Source of the DNA: the human T2T-CHM13v2.0 reference genome, Homo sapiens
Length of the DNA: 64,000 bases
NCBI RefSeq assembly: GCF_009914755.1
Contig: NC_060935.1
Strand: one strand, 5' to 3'
Shown: in pieces, positions 33,500 through 50,754 of the stretch
Numbering within the stretch: the first letter of the stretch is position 1
Layout: each line of letters begins with the position of its first letter
The notes under the pieces: model-generated
What the model saw: the letters and a program-made list of their open reading frames with translations, nothing else
Told to the model about the DNA's origin: nothing
The model's database searches: none
Made by a program: the position numbers and the translations under genes

Positions 33500-33800
33500 G
33501 CTTGCTGTGCCTTTCTCTTTCCTCCACGTTGCTAAATTCCGTCCATTTTTCAAGGCTCAGTTCAGATCATCCTTCTTTGCTTTATCATTTTACATACTGT
33601 GTATGGTTTGGCCTCTTGGTCTGCTGCTCTCTGTGTCTGTTGTATGGAGCGCTTTTCTATCTGGTATTACGGTTATTTGTGTGCATGTCTTTTGATTCAT
33701 CTACTTGAAGACAAGAGCTGGTCTTGGGCTGCCATTCCTGCAGTGTAGGCTCTCACATTGCCTTGCACGTAGTAAGTGCTCAGTAAATGCTTGGTGAACA
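33500..33800 (+). mobile_element. L2 3' fragment
   Basis: tttcaaggctcagttcagatca...acattgccttgcacgtagtaagtgctcagtaaatgcttggtgaa. Confidence 0.6.
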
Positions 33801-34026
33801 AGTGTTCATGGCGTAACTTAATACTTCCAGTGGTGAGAGTTCCTGTCAAGAGTGTTGGCAGTGAAGTTGTTCCCCTTGGCAATTTCTATGCTGATCTCGG
33901 GTTACTGCATGAGACACAGAATCTGCGTTTCCCTCCCTTCAGCATCACTGGGGAGGACAGCCTTACTTTGGAGTTTTTTTTCTGATCAGTTACATGATGG
34001 TTTCATCTTTAAGACTACTGATAACA

Positions 34027-34763
<737 letters not shown>

Positions 34764-34786
34764 CTATGCTGCTAACTGCTTTATGC

Positions 34787-34828
34787 ACACTATTTCTTTA
34801 ATCCTTAACACTATTTCTTTAATCCTTA
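34787..34828. repeat. 21-bp perfect tandem duplication
   Basis: acactatttctttaatcctta x2. Confidence 0.93.
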
Positions 34829-35010
34829 TATCTACCCATGAGATAGGGTTTTGTTATTCAGGCAGTGGCAAAACCTGCGGCTTAGAGAGGTTAAAAAAAA
34901 AAAACAACAAACTGCCTCAAACAAAGTCATATAGTAAATGGCAGTGCTGGAGATTAAATTTAGGTCTGTCTTGTTCTGCAGTCCATATACCATATAACTT
35001 TGCCAAATAC

Positions 35011-35018
35011 AACACTAT

Positions 35019-35058
<40 letters not shown>

Positions 35059-35121
35059 CACATGTGTGGCCTTTATTGAACACTGTGGTGTGTGTGTATG
35101 CACGTGTGTGGCCTTTATTGA
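35011..35121. repeat. Tandem duplication containing a (TG)n microsatellite (35021-35054)
   Basis: aacact(a/g)tgg(tg)n tatgcac(a/g)tgtgtggcctttattga x2. Confidence 0.92.
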
Positions 35122-35341
35122 CTTATTGAATTGATCCTGAATCTTCCCTACTCCTTTCCTGTCTCTTTTCTCTTTCTGAATAACATCATTTCTTTTTCTC
35201 TACTGGACATGGTCTCTGTGGGTTTCACCCCTCACCCCTCTTATTTTTGAAGTTTTATTGAGGCACTGGTTGAGGCTTTAGGGCTCCCACTGTTAAGTTT
35301 GACAGTAATAGGTAAGTGTCCCCCCAGTCTCCCTTTTGCCC

Positions 35342-35641
<300 letters not shown>

Positions 35642-35999
35642 GCTTTTGCCTTTTCTTGACATTGCCAATGCATCCTGTCCCCGAGCGTCTCTGAGTTTTA
35701 AGTCTCAGATTTGTTTTCTTTGGAGACAAACTGCAGGTAGGTGTTACTTCTCACCGAAGTTCCCAGATAGCACAGGCTTTGCTAAACAACACAGCACCAG
35801 GAACTCCATCATAGAGACCGCAGGATGCTGTGTGCGCGCACATGCGTGTGCACCTAGTGAGATGTAAACATTTACCTGGAGTAAAAGAAATTCTTTCCCC
35901 AGAGCCCAAATTTGGCTAGTCTCCTTATGTACACAGCTTTGACAGGGATTCCATATGTTTTGCTCATCTTTGCTTTTTTGCAGCCTCCACAAATTTATT

Positions 36000-36815
<816 letters not shown>

Positions 36816-37167
36816 GGATTCGTGTGAAAATGCAGGGAGATGGAAGGCTGAGCGTTTCTGTTCCTTGACCATTCCCGGGTTTGACTAATAACTCTCATAC
36901 ACACTGCTACTCATTGAAGGCCTACTGTGTGCATGCATTCCATGTGTGCTATACAGTTTATTTATTGTTAACCCACGTAGAATTCCCAGACACATAGCGT
37001 TACTACAAACTTCATCACAAAAATAAAGAAACCAGGGCCCTGTTTCTCTTTGTTTCTCAGATGAGAAGTCTCACCAGAGTTGACTGTGGCTTCTGAGCAT
37101 TATGAGGCACATGTAGGATTTAAAGCTGAAAGGCTTTATCCCTGAGACTCAGGGAAATATGACAATC

Positions 37168-37466
37168 TTTTATTTTGTTTTAATTAATATTTTTTGAGTC
37201 AGCGTCTTGCTTTGTCACCCAGGCTGGAGTGCAGTGGTGCAATCATGGCTCGCTGCAGCCTCAACCTCCTGGGTTCTAGCGATCCTCCCACCTTAGCCTC
37301 CTGAGTAGATGGGACCACAGGCACGTGCCACCATGCCTGGCTAATTTTTGTACTTTTTGTAGAGATGGGGTTTTGCTGTGGTCTCAAATTCCTGAGCTCA
37401 AGCAATTGGCCTGACTCAGCCTCCCAAAGTGTTGGGATTACAGGTATGAGCTACCGCACCCAGCCT
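37168..37466 (-). mobile_element. Alu (AluJ)
   Basis: J diagnostics; TSD tgacaat. Confidence 0.92.
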
Positions 37467-38295
37467 GACAATTTTTTAAACAGAATTTTAGGTGCTTGGG
37501 CCCTGGAAGGTTCCCAGTTGTCCAACTCTTGAGGTGGGGGGTGGGTGGGGGGTGGAGAGAGAGAGAGAGAGGAAGGCTTTTCCTTCTCAAATAGTTTGCA
37601 TTTACACGAAGGCCACGGTGTACTTGTTTATTGAATCAATAAAGATACAATCTCTTTGAATAGTTCAGAATCTGATATCCCTGTTAGACTGAGTTCACCT
37701 TTTGTGAAGGACACAGGACTGCTGGATAGGGTGTTGCAGCAATGAGGAGTTATGTTATAAGGGGTCTCTTCAGTGTCTTTTTGGTCATATGAATTTTATT
37801 TGCCCAGTAGAACATGACTGATGAGGCTCTGAATAGTCAAAGAAAACATCTCTCTTATGTTCTGCTCATGAATAGAACACTCTGTGTCCTGAATTGTTGC
37901 TCCACTGGGGCCAGCACGTGGTGTATTTTTCTAATGTTTGAACCAATGGGCTTTTTCATTTTGGGGCAATCAAGGTAAAGATTTTCTGGTGCTCCTGTGT
38001 GACAGGGAAAGCATGTCTTGTATTTTCTCTCTCTTTCCCTTCTGTCTTTTGAGTTTGGAAAATTATATTTTGAGTTACATGACTAATTACATGAGTAATT
38101 TTAGCAAATTTACTAGAAATTGATGTTCTGCCAATGATTGGAAATCCCTTCCTCCCCTCCACTCTTCTAAACCAAAACAGTGCTGTGTCCTGAAGCTAGA
38201 GGGGTGAGTATTCAGTATTGGAGTACAGCGGTTTAGAACATTGGAGACATTTACAAGGATAAATCTATGGCCCTGGGTTCTGACTTTCTTTTGCC

Positions 38296-38310
38296 TGTGT
38301 GTGTGTGTAG

Positions 38311-38360
<50 letters not shown>
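38296..38360. repeat. Compound (TG)n(GA)n microsatellite
   Basis: Direct reading. Confidence 0.95.
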
Positions 38361-38764
38361 AAGAGAGTAAGAGAGAGCGAGCTGGGTTTGGGGCTGGGAA
38401 GGAAGAATGATTGATTAGGAAGCTGTTGTGCAGAGTAGAACAGGACTTCCTGAAATGTAAGACCCAAAGAAACATAGATAGCCATATTTTCCAGTCCTGG
38501 AATCAGACTCAAGTCTGATAAAAGGTTTTCTTTTGATTTGTGATTCTGATAATATGAAAAGTCTTACAAAAGTATAGAATTGTAGCTGGTAGGCTGCTTT
38601 ATGAGAAAGAAAATAAACTCCCACAGAGTGGGCATTGACCTGGGAGATCTGGAGCCTGGTGCAAGTGCAGACCATGGTTTTCACAATCTTTGATCACTTT
38701 CCTTTTGTGTTGAACTTTCTCTTTTAGCTCCATATTTATAAATGGGGTCATATTTAGCCAGATA

Positions 38765-38933
38765 TTTTATTTTTATTTTTATTTTTAAAGAGAGGCAGGA
38801 TCTTGCTGTGTTGCCCAGGCTGGAGTGCAGTGCCATGATCATAGCTCACTGCAGCTTCGAACAGGGCACAAGCCATCCTCCCATTTCAGCTTCCTGAGTA
38901 GCTGGGATTACAGGCAGGAGCCACATTTCCTGG
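38765..38933 (-). mobile_element. Alu right monomer (FRAM/AluJ arm)
   Basis: Single-arm reverse Alu. Confidence 0.85.
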
Positions 38934-41608
38934 CTTCTAGTTGGGTTTTTTTGTTTCTGGAAGAACAGAACCATACTCCTCAGGCCAGGAAGACCTAGGT
39001 AGAGCAAGACCAGCAACCTCTTGGCTAGAGGGCTGTGGGAGCTGAGCATCAGTGAGTGAGGGGAAAGCAGTGGTTTTTTGTCTTGAGAAGAAGTTCAGCG
39101 CTCAGTTAACCAGAACAAGTGCCACCTGTATAAGACAGCAGACGGTCAAAGCAGAAGAGGGAAGGAAATGGTTGAATAATTCTTTTTTTCCTTTTGTTCC
39201 TTCTCTGCCCTGAGTCTCCCCCACCCCCAAAGAGATATCTCAAAATGTCAAGGTCCAGTGAAATGGACGGTGGGATCCTTGAGGAGGGGTCTGTGGGGTG
39301 GGGGTCTCTGAAGGGGCTAAGCCATGGTGGGCTAATGGCTCTGTTTACCGAGTGCATGCCCTATGCCTGGCATTGTGCTTCTTTCTCGAAACCATCCTAC
39401 AGGTGGAGGAAGCGGGGGTTTAAAGGGAGCCAGCAGCCAGCGACTCTCTATCTTACAGCTTCTAATTGGCTTTGAAACCACACAGGCTGCTGCTGGAGGA
39501 ACCTTTGACATCCTCAGTGTGCAGCCCTCTCCCCTCCCTCTGAAGGGAGGCATACTCCTTCACTGTTGCTTTGACACTCTAGGATGTTCCAAAACTAGGT
39601 GGTCAGCTTACTCAGAAGGCTCTGGGCATTTTTCCTCCTGCAGGAGGGACTGCGCACATGCGAAAGACATGAGGAAGCTCTGATGCTCAGGGCTGTGGGG
39701 GCTTTGGCCTTGGCCCGCACAGCCTTCTCTGGTATAGTGAGGTCTCCTTTTGGGTTTTTCACTTGTGTTTGTTTTGAGGCGTATGTGCTTCATATGGTTG
39801 AACTCATTCCTCGCCCAGCTGGACATAGAGTTGACTGCCTCAGTGGGTCCCACCTCGGGGGTGGGAAATGTAACCTCATGAGGGCCACTGTATGGTTGGG
39901 CAGATTCACAGCTGCTCTGAGGTCAGGCCTGGCAGGTGGCGAGGGCCTAAGAGGAATTGGATCACCCTGGAACCTAGCTGGGGCTAGGATGGTTGTTGCA
40001 TGTGATTTTCAGCAGGACTCTAAGGGATCTCCAAAGCTGGTTGGCTGGCTAGCGAGGTTGGGCGAGGGAATAACTCATTTGCTTAACTTTTCATATGTAA
40101 CAACTGGGTTTTGGGTTTCACAAGAGACAAGGTAGGCAGGCAGGCTCAGGTGGTTCTGTATACCCCATTTCATACATGAGAAAATGGAGACTTGTTTCAG
40201 ATCGTAAGGTAGTTGGACCGCAGCTACTCTTCCAAGACTGGTATTCGTTCCTCTACTCTGTTAAAGCCAGAGAGAGGATGCAGGCCAAGTCAAGTGACCA
40301 AAGCTAAAGGGGAAGGAAGGGCTGGCTGGACTTAGCAGTGACCACAGACAGAGTTGAAGCCTTCACGGTTGGCGTTGGTCTTGTTCACTGCTGTGTGCCA
40401 AGCTGCTGACAGCATCTGGCTATCGCAGGTTCGTAATAAGTGTTTGCTGAGTGAATGAAAGAATATTGGTGTTGGGGATGATCTCTTTTTCACTTGCTCA
40501 GCACCTTCCAGAATTTTGTTCTTCTCTTTGCCACTCCCTTTTTTCTCCTCCCTGGGTAACACCTCTTATTGCAGGAGTAGGATCAGGTTTTGAGTAGCAC
40601 CTTTGGGGTACCCATTCAGTTCCTCTTTTCCCCCGTAATTATGGGATTTGGGATTGCCCTTTGGGAGAATTAGGTAACTTTAGGTTCTGTATGTTAATTT
40701 GAGGCCTGGATTTTGAACTTCCTTCTGATGCAGATAGACCTTGGAAGGGAGTCCTTACTTAGAACCTCTTTATTTTATCTCCTCACTGGGAGAGTAGATC
40801 CCAGACAGGTTTTGGGAACCACCTGGTGTCCCCAAGCGAGCAGAGGCAGAGTTGGGCTTGAATCTCCTCCTTCATTGCAGTGCTTTCTCTGCCCTGATCC
40901 CATTGGGTGACCCTGGACTATGAATATGGATTATGAGTGGGCCCTGAGAGTGATCAGAGACATCCTTCAAGATTGAAGCTGCTTTGGTTCCTGCCACATG
41001 GAACTGAGTGGGAGAATGTCTCAATTCAGGATGGTGGGAGTGTCTCTTTGTCCAAGTAATAAATGGAAACCGTTTGCTCCCGACTTTTGCAGATATCAAG
41101 GGCTTGTCTTTCCAGAGTTTGGTTTTCTTCCCTTCTCTCCGCCTCCCTTTTCTCTGCCCGCCTGTGGTTTTGAGCCCCTCATGGCTATCTGGGCAGTGAT
41201 GGGTGGAAGGGAGCTGGTGCAGTATTCGAGTAGAGAAGTTCTGCTGCAGTGAGTGTGGGGCAAGTTTCCCAGACCCTTGTTGGGTCAGGGCAGGTGGTTG
41301 TGGCCCAGTTGTTTGGCCTTCTGCAGGCTGCACCCCTGCCCTGCTGCCTGCCAGTGGGGTGAGGGCCTGGCCACCTGGTACTTAACAAGTTTGGTTCTAC
41401 ATGTGTTCCCGTGAGTGGAGGACAAAATGAAAATACCTCCTGATCGTGTTCAACCATTAGTTGAACAACCATTTGAAATGGTTATTGCAACCATTTCAGA
41501 GTTTTCTTCTGTTTGTGATGTCATCTGTGCCTTATAAGGGGTGACTTGCTACCTTATGGAGCACCTAGGTTGAGGCCCGGGTTGAGCACAGTTCCATACG
41601 TTAGCTCA

Positions 41609-41910
41609 TTTATTTATTTTGAGACAGGATCTCACTTCTGTGGCCCAGGGTGGAGTGCAGTGGTGCAATCACAGATCACTGTAGCCTTGACTTCCCAGGC
41701 TCAGGTGATTCTCCCACCTGAGCCTCCCGAGTAGCTGGGACTACAGCTGTGTACCACTATGTCTGGCTAATTTTTTGTATTTTTAGTAGAGATGGGGTTT
41801 TGCCATGTTGCCCATGCTGGTCTTGAACTCCCGGCCTCAAGAGATCCTCTTGTCTCCAAATCGCTTCGCAGAAGTGCTGGGATTACAGGTATGAGCCACC
41901 ATGCCCAGCC
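41609..41910 (-). mobile_element. Alu (AluJ) inside a MIR
   Basis: Reverse Alu; TSD gttag(c/t)tcattta. Confidence 0.93.
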
Positions 41911-42439
41911 AAGTTAGTTCATTTAATCTTCACAGTGGTACAATGGGCTAATATCTCTGTCTTATAGGTAAGGAAATGGAGACTAAGAGCTCTTTGCCAA
42001 GGGTTGCTGTCATCCATTTATTCATCAACAGGTAGTTATTAGGTATCTACTCTGTGCTGGGCCCTGGCCTGAACTTGGCTTTGGTGGATGAGACTGACAA
42101 GTTCTCTGTTCTCACAGAGCTGAGAGTCTGGGGATAAAGATCCCTTATTATGGTTTCTTTTGTGGTGTTGTGGGGAGAGGGTGATGATTAGGGTTTGGGT
42201 ACTGGAGAGAGAATTAGGATTTTAGCTCATTTTACTCAAATGCTTTATATTGCACCATGTTACTACATTTTCCCCTGTGCTTCCCCCCTACCCTATGTGG
42301 ATTATTACAGTTTACTTGTGTGTAAACTTAGGCTCAGAGAGGCTGGGTAACTTATCCCAGCTTGCACAAAAGAGGACCTGAATTTGAGCAGACCGTAGGT
42401 TGAATTCTGTCCTTCTATGCTGCCTTTCTATGAATAATA

Positions 42440-42787
<348 letters not shown>

Positions 42788-43054
42788 TAAAAAGCAGTTT
42801 GCAGAAGAATTATCAATCCTTTTGTTAACATTTTGGTGAACTCTTGAACACATTTTTTAAAAAGTTGAGAGTTGCTAACAAGTAAAGTGAAGTCCTGTGC
42901 CTGTTGTAATTTGGACTGAGGAGTGTGAGTTGTCTTGGTCTAAAGGTCAGAGTGAGGGTCTCTGCCTGCTGCAGGGGTCTCCCGGTTAGGGTTAGGGTGA
43001 AAAGCTTTTTAAAATAAACCTCTCAAATTTGTTGTCAACATTAACCTATGGTAA

Positions 43055-43273
43055 TTTTTTTTTTTTCTTTTTTTTGAGACAGGGTCTTACTCTGTTGCCC
43101 AGGCTGGAGTGCAGTGGTGGGATCTCAGCTCACTGCAACCTCTGCCTCCCGGTTCAAGCGATCTTCCTGCCTCAGCCCCCCAAGTAGCTGGGACGACAGG
43201 CGCGTGCCACCATGCCTGGCTAATTTTTGCACTTTTTTGGTAGAGACAGGGTTTTGCCATGTCACCCAGGCTA
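43055..43273 (-). mobile_element. 5'-truncated Alu
   Basis: Right arm plus part of left arm; TSD tggtaattttt. Confidence 0.9.
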
Positions 43274-43956
43274 ATCTCTGGTAATTTTTAAACTCTGCTC
43301 AAAGTTTTAGAAAACATAAGTCTGGAAATTCCAAGTTGAGCCACTGGTGACTTGTGAGCATGAGTATGGCATGGGATTGGGGGTGGGGTGGGGCTGACGT
43401 GGCCTGGGGCAGATGCCGGGTGGTTCTGTTTGGAAACAGAAGTTCCACTGCACATGCAGCCTTCACGTCTTGTGGGGGCTTTTGTGGGGGCTGTGTACTT
43501 CCCAGTTTGGTTATTAGTAACTTTATTTGGTTCTGGTCATTAACGGCTTTTGGGGGCGTTTTGGGGGCCTGTTTGAGGCCCCTGAACATGCATTTTTCAG
43601 TTGTCGTTGTCCATGTTATTAAAAGGATATGTTGGAGGGGGTTGCAGTTTAGTCTGCTGCTGTTTCGAATCCTTTTCTTTGATAGTGTTTGCCTTCCTCC
43701 CACCAAATGCTGCACTGAGAGTCTCTGGTACCTGGGTCCCTCCTTCCCTTGCCTTTGCTTGGGAGGTCAGTGCCTTCATCCAGGACATCTTTGGGCATAC
43801 AGGTAATCCCAAGCAGCTCTGCTCAGTTGTTGATACCCCTTCTCACAGAACCTGATCTGCCTCAGCTCTCCTTGCCTCCTAAGTGGCAGTGCCCCGCTGC
43901 TGGGAAGACTCCTCTCTCTGCTGGATGCTTCTTCAGGCCTGCTGCTGCACAGCTTA

Positions 43957-44409
<453 letters not shown>

Positions 44410-44646
44410 TCACTTTCACAGTCTTGGAAGGCAGATATTTCTGTTATCCTCATTTTACAGCTGACGCCTATCTAAGGCTTGTATAAAAGTCAGTCACTGT
44501 CCAGGCTCACACAGCCAATGCTGGAGGGCTGTGTGGCACCCAGAGAGCACAGTTGCTGCTTGGAATAAACCTTCACTTATAGTCCGGAGCAGGGTGGTTC
44601 TAAAGCTCCCTTAGCTTTCCCACTAGTAAGCTTCCAGGTTCTGGTA

Positions 44647-44869
44647 CAGTTTCTCAGCCTCGGCACTACTGACGTTTGGAGTCTGATGAGTCTTTGTTGT
44701 GAGCGCTGTCCTGTGCATTGCAGGATGTTAGGAGCATACTTGGCCTCTATCCACTAGATGCCAGTAGCACCCCCCTCCCAACTCTGCCCAGTTGTGACAG
44801 CCAAAATGTCTGCAGACATTGCCAGATGTCCCCTGGGGGACAAAATCTTGCCTAATTGAGAACCACCGA
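44647..44869 (+). mobile_element. MER20 (hAT-Charlie non-autonomous DNA transposon), near full length
   Basis: cagtttctcagcctcggcactactgacgtttgg...ctgtcctgtgcattgcaggatgtt...ccactagatgccagtagcacc...gacattgccagatgtcccctggggg...gagaaccac. Confidence 0.9.
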
Positions 44870-44894
44870 GTCATGGCAACCATTTCAAACCCTA

Positions 44895-45485
<591 letters not shown>

Positions 45486-45794
45486 TCATAGTCTTAGATT
45501 TATTGAAGTTTTGTGGATAAAAGCACTTTTTATTAAAAAGAACCAGGTGAAAACTAGAAGGGCCTCTTTTGAGTCTGCTGACAGACACGTGGAGAATATA
45601 TAGTCAGCGGAACATTCCTGTGCTTTCCGTAAAGCTGTGGATGAACCTGCCTTTCAGGTTTCGTAGCCTCTTCAGTCAGATGGTTTGAGAATGCGTGTTT
45701 TGTGGTGTATGCACACAGACTGTATGAGTTTGTTTTTTTACACATGACTAGTAAACCTGTCACATTTTGTCAAATGTGATTTTCTTTCTTTATT

Positions 45795-46042
45795 AAAATA
45801 GATTTTATTTTTAGAGTAGTTCTAGGTTCACAGCAAAATTGAGCAGAAGGTGCAGAGATATCCCATATACCCCTGGCCCCCACATATGCACGGCCTCCCC
45901 CGTTAGCAACACCCCCACCAGAGTGGAACAATCAATGAACGTACATTGACATATCACTATCACACAAAGTCCATAGTTTCTGTTAGAATTCATGCATAGC
46001 ATTCTACATTCTGTGGGTTTGGACAAGGTATGATGACATGTA
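45795..46042 (-). mobile_element. L1MC1/2-type 3' end fragment
   Basis: tttagagtagttctaggttcacagcaaaattgagcagaagg...aaagtccatagttt...gggtttggacaa. Confidence 0.85.
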
Positions 46043-46629
46043 ACTGTGATTTCCTCAATTCAATATGTATAGTTCCTGTTCACACATTTCTTCACACATT
46101 TGTTCCTCAGTGCTCAAATGCCTGCTGTATTCCAGGCTGTATTTGAAGCCCCTGAGCCTTTATTTGGAGAGTTCATTGAACATTAGAGCATGCAGTTTGC
46201 TGAGATGTCTTGTACTTAGAAAATCCAATTTATAAAAAACCTCAAATAGAACAGTAAATTTAGGGAATTTTTTTTTCTGATGATAAAATTAGATAACTCT
46301 GTTGCATGGATTCTGTAAAACACAGCTCCCTCCTGTTACGCCATGAATTGGGTTCAATTTACAACACCCCTTTAGGCATACTTTTTCAGCAACACATGTC
46401 TGAGCCGAGGTGCACTGTGCCTCTTTCTGTAGCAGGCAGCTTTTAGGGGGTGTCCTAGTGGTCTTATGTTTTATACATCTCATGGGAGTGGCTGGTTTCT
46501 AGGAAATAGCTCACTTGCCAGTTTTGGTAACCCTAACAGAGCTGTTTTGCCAAGGCGTCTGGTGAATATTTCTGTCTTCCAGTCAGGACTAATATAGTAC
46601 TTTTCAGAGGTGATAGCCAGTTAACTGAT

Positions 46630-46632
<3 letters not shown>

Positions 46633-46661
<29 letters not shown>

Positions 46662-46942
46662 GAGATGGAATCTCGCTCTGCCACCCAGGCTGGAGTGCAA
46701 TGATGCGATCTTGGCTTACTGCAACCTCTGCCTCCCGGATTCAAGCGATTCTCCTGCCTTGCCTCCTGAGTAGCTGGGATTACAGGTGCGCACCACCACG
46801 CCTGGCTAATTTTTGTATTTTTGGTAAAGTCAGGGTTTTGCCATGCTGCTCAGGCTGGTGTCGAACTCCTGGGCCCAAGTGATCTGCTCACCTCGGCCTG
46901 CCGAAGTGCTGGCATTACAGGCGTGAGCCATTGCACCTGGCC
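46633..46942 (-). mobile_element. Alu (J/S)
   Basis: Reverse Alu with long T tail. Confidence 0.94.
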
Positions 46943-47334
46943 GTGTTTTCTGTTTTTTATTTAGAGGAAGTCACTTGATCATGCTTTTCCCCCCACCCAT
47001 GGCATAGGAAAATGATTCTTTTGCTGATTGTGCTGATTAAATGTGATGTGGAAAAACCTACTCCTGGTGTTCAGAGAGGTTTTCCAGGTCACAGTGGGGT
47101 GGGTCTCATCTGGACATCAGAATCATTATGTTAATGATAACTAAGAGCAGTTGACTGCTTACTATAAGCCAGCCACTGACCTCAGGGCATTGCATAACTG
47201 GCTTCCTTTACTCTTCACATCAGCCCTGTGGGCTTGGGAGTGAGACCTCTACCTAGTTTTTAAACAAATTACATAAACTTTTTGGGGCTCAGCTCCCTCA
47301 TCTGAAAATCAGAAAATGATACTTCTCTGGCATT

Positions 47335-47520
47335 TTGAGCATGAGTTCAGGAGTCAGACTTCCTGGGTTTGAATTCTAGCTTCTTCTATGACTTTGAGCA
47401 AATTACTTTAACTTTGCTAAGCCTCAGGTTTCTCGTGTTGCATAGGCAGATGATAGTCATATCTGAATGTAACGAGAATCAAATGCAACCTGGGACACAG
47501 TGAACACTTGGTGAACGTTA
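47335..47520 (+). mobile_element. MIR
   Basis: ggagtcagacttcctgggtttgaattctagc...tgactttgagcaaattactttaac...gcctcaggtttctc. Confidence 0.8.
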
Positions 47521-48635
47521 GTGCCTTGGTAACAGTGATGATAGTGACAATAAAGATCGATGATGATGATGATGGCGATGGTGCTTAACCCAGTATGAAG
47601 GTGAAGTGTCTAAGCTTCTTGAGGGCAGAGTTTTGTCTTCTTCTGCACTTTCTTTCTAGTGTCTAGAATTGCCTGTAGGTTTACCCCTGGATCCCGTCAG
47701 GATGGGGCTAAATTTAGAATTTTTGGAAAGATGTGAGCTAGCCCGTCTACAGTGACATCCAGCTCAGTGTGTATGTTTGGTCTGTGAACATAGTAGAGGC
47801 ATGATTCAACTGTGAGTTTGTGCTGGGAGCATAGATGGATGCTTTTCAGGCTCTTGAAATGTGCAAGTGTGGTTCCCTTGCAGCAGGCATTGCCTCTCCC
47901 TCGTTAATCAAGATCTTTTCCTTGCCAGGACTTCAGGAGATCCTGGACATCCTCTGGAGCCCAGGGGTGGCCTCACCCGCTCCTTGCTTTAGCCTGGAAT
48001 GCAGGCCCTCAACATTCCAGCCTTGGGTTAGTGCCAGAGCTGTGAAAGCAGGGCAGGCATTTCCACCTTGCTTGACAAAGGCTTTTGCTCTCTGGGTGGT
48101 TGGGGGTGCCTCTGAAGCCAGGCGAGACCAGAGATCTCATGGGTTTGTGTTTCTTCATTGATACTTTTAAGGGGAGCAACTTAATCAGTGGGAAACCAGA
48201 TCTCAAAGGATGGGACAGATAAACGCAGGGTACAGAGAAGAGCTTGGGGGAGTGTCAAGCTTATTTGCCCAAAAGGGCTGACCCTACCTTACCGCCATTA
48301 ATACATGTCCTTCATGCATCCCTGGGTAACAGGGAAGTAGTACCAAAAATCTTACAGTGCAATAAACACTTGGCAGAAATGGAGAAACTAGTAATGGCTG
48401 AGCAGCTGTGCCCTCTCCACCACCTCACTATGCAGTACGTGGGCCACCAGCCGCTAGGGGCCTGGCAGCCACAGAGATGAGGGAAGCATGCTGAGGACCC
48501 TGGTGTGGAGTTGGAGGGGTCATGTCCTCTGAAAGGTGGCCACCACTCATCGCCAGCCCTTACTGTCATGTGAGAATGTGGCTCTGTGTTTCCAGATATT
48601 GTTTTTTTTTTTCCCCTCCAACAGAAGCAGGAAAT

Positions 48636-49422
<787 letters not shown>

Positions 49423-49478
49423 AGGAAATTATATTTTTATGAGAAATATTCTGTTGTTTAAATTCTGGCACCTCGTTC

Positions 49479-49823
<345 letters not shown>

Positions 49824-50449
49824 CTAGACTTGGACAGGGGGCCCCATTGTGCAACCTCTTATATAGCAAATTAGAGTTTACCAGGAAGTTTCTGCCCTTC
49901 AGGCCCTCTGCTCTCACAGAAACTCTATGAAGGAGAGGTCATCTTGTCTATGTTTGTAAGAAGTCACATTGAGAGAAATGACATCTTAGCTCCTCTTATG
50001 TGCCAAGTAGTTTGTCTGCGTTATCTTCTTAGATTGGCTCCATCTCTCAGGTGAGGAAACAGACTTGGAAAGGTGAAGTGACTTGCCCACCTAGTTAGAA
50101 GCACATCATCTTCTGATTCCTGTCTCATTTCATTTCACCGCTTGTTTGCCCTCTCTGTGGTCTTGCCCACGGACTTGTAGTCCCTGATGTACGCCAGGCC
50201 TCTCACAGTGTGGCCCCCGGGATTCCCTTTTATGAAAAAAAGTTGAGCATGAGCTGTAAGTTAGAGTAGGTTTTAATTCTGTCCTACCACGGAGTCTGTT
50301 TTATATGAGAACAAGTTATTTAACTCCTCTGAGTGTTAATTTCCTCATTTTTTTCCTTTCTTTCTTTTTTTTTTTTTTAAAGGGCCAGTCCCCATTCTCA
50401 CAGGGTGTTTGGAAGGAGTAACTGAAGGGGGGTATATAAAGCCGCTGGC

Positions 50450-50754
<305 letters not shown>

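Noticed and set aside
41530-41539. Perfect CArG boxes (also 4863, 35906)
   Set aside because: A few are expected by chance in 64 kb; no clustering.
41851-41873. Non-consensus patch (caaatcgcttcgcaga) in an AluJ
   Set aside because: No template found; cannot be distinguished from ordinary decay.
42986-42997. (TTAGGG)2 telomere-like motif
   Set aside because: Only two units; too short to call an interstitial telomeric sequence.
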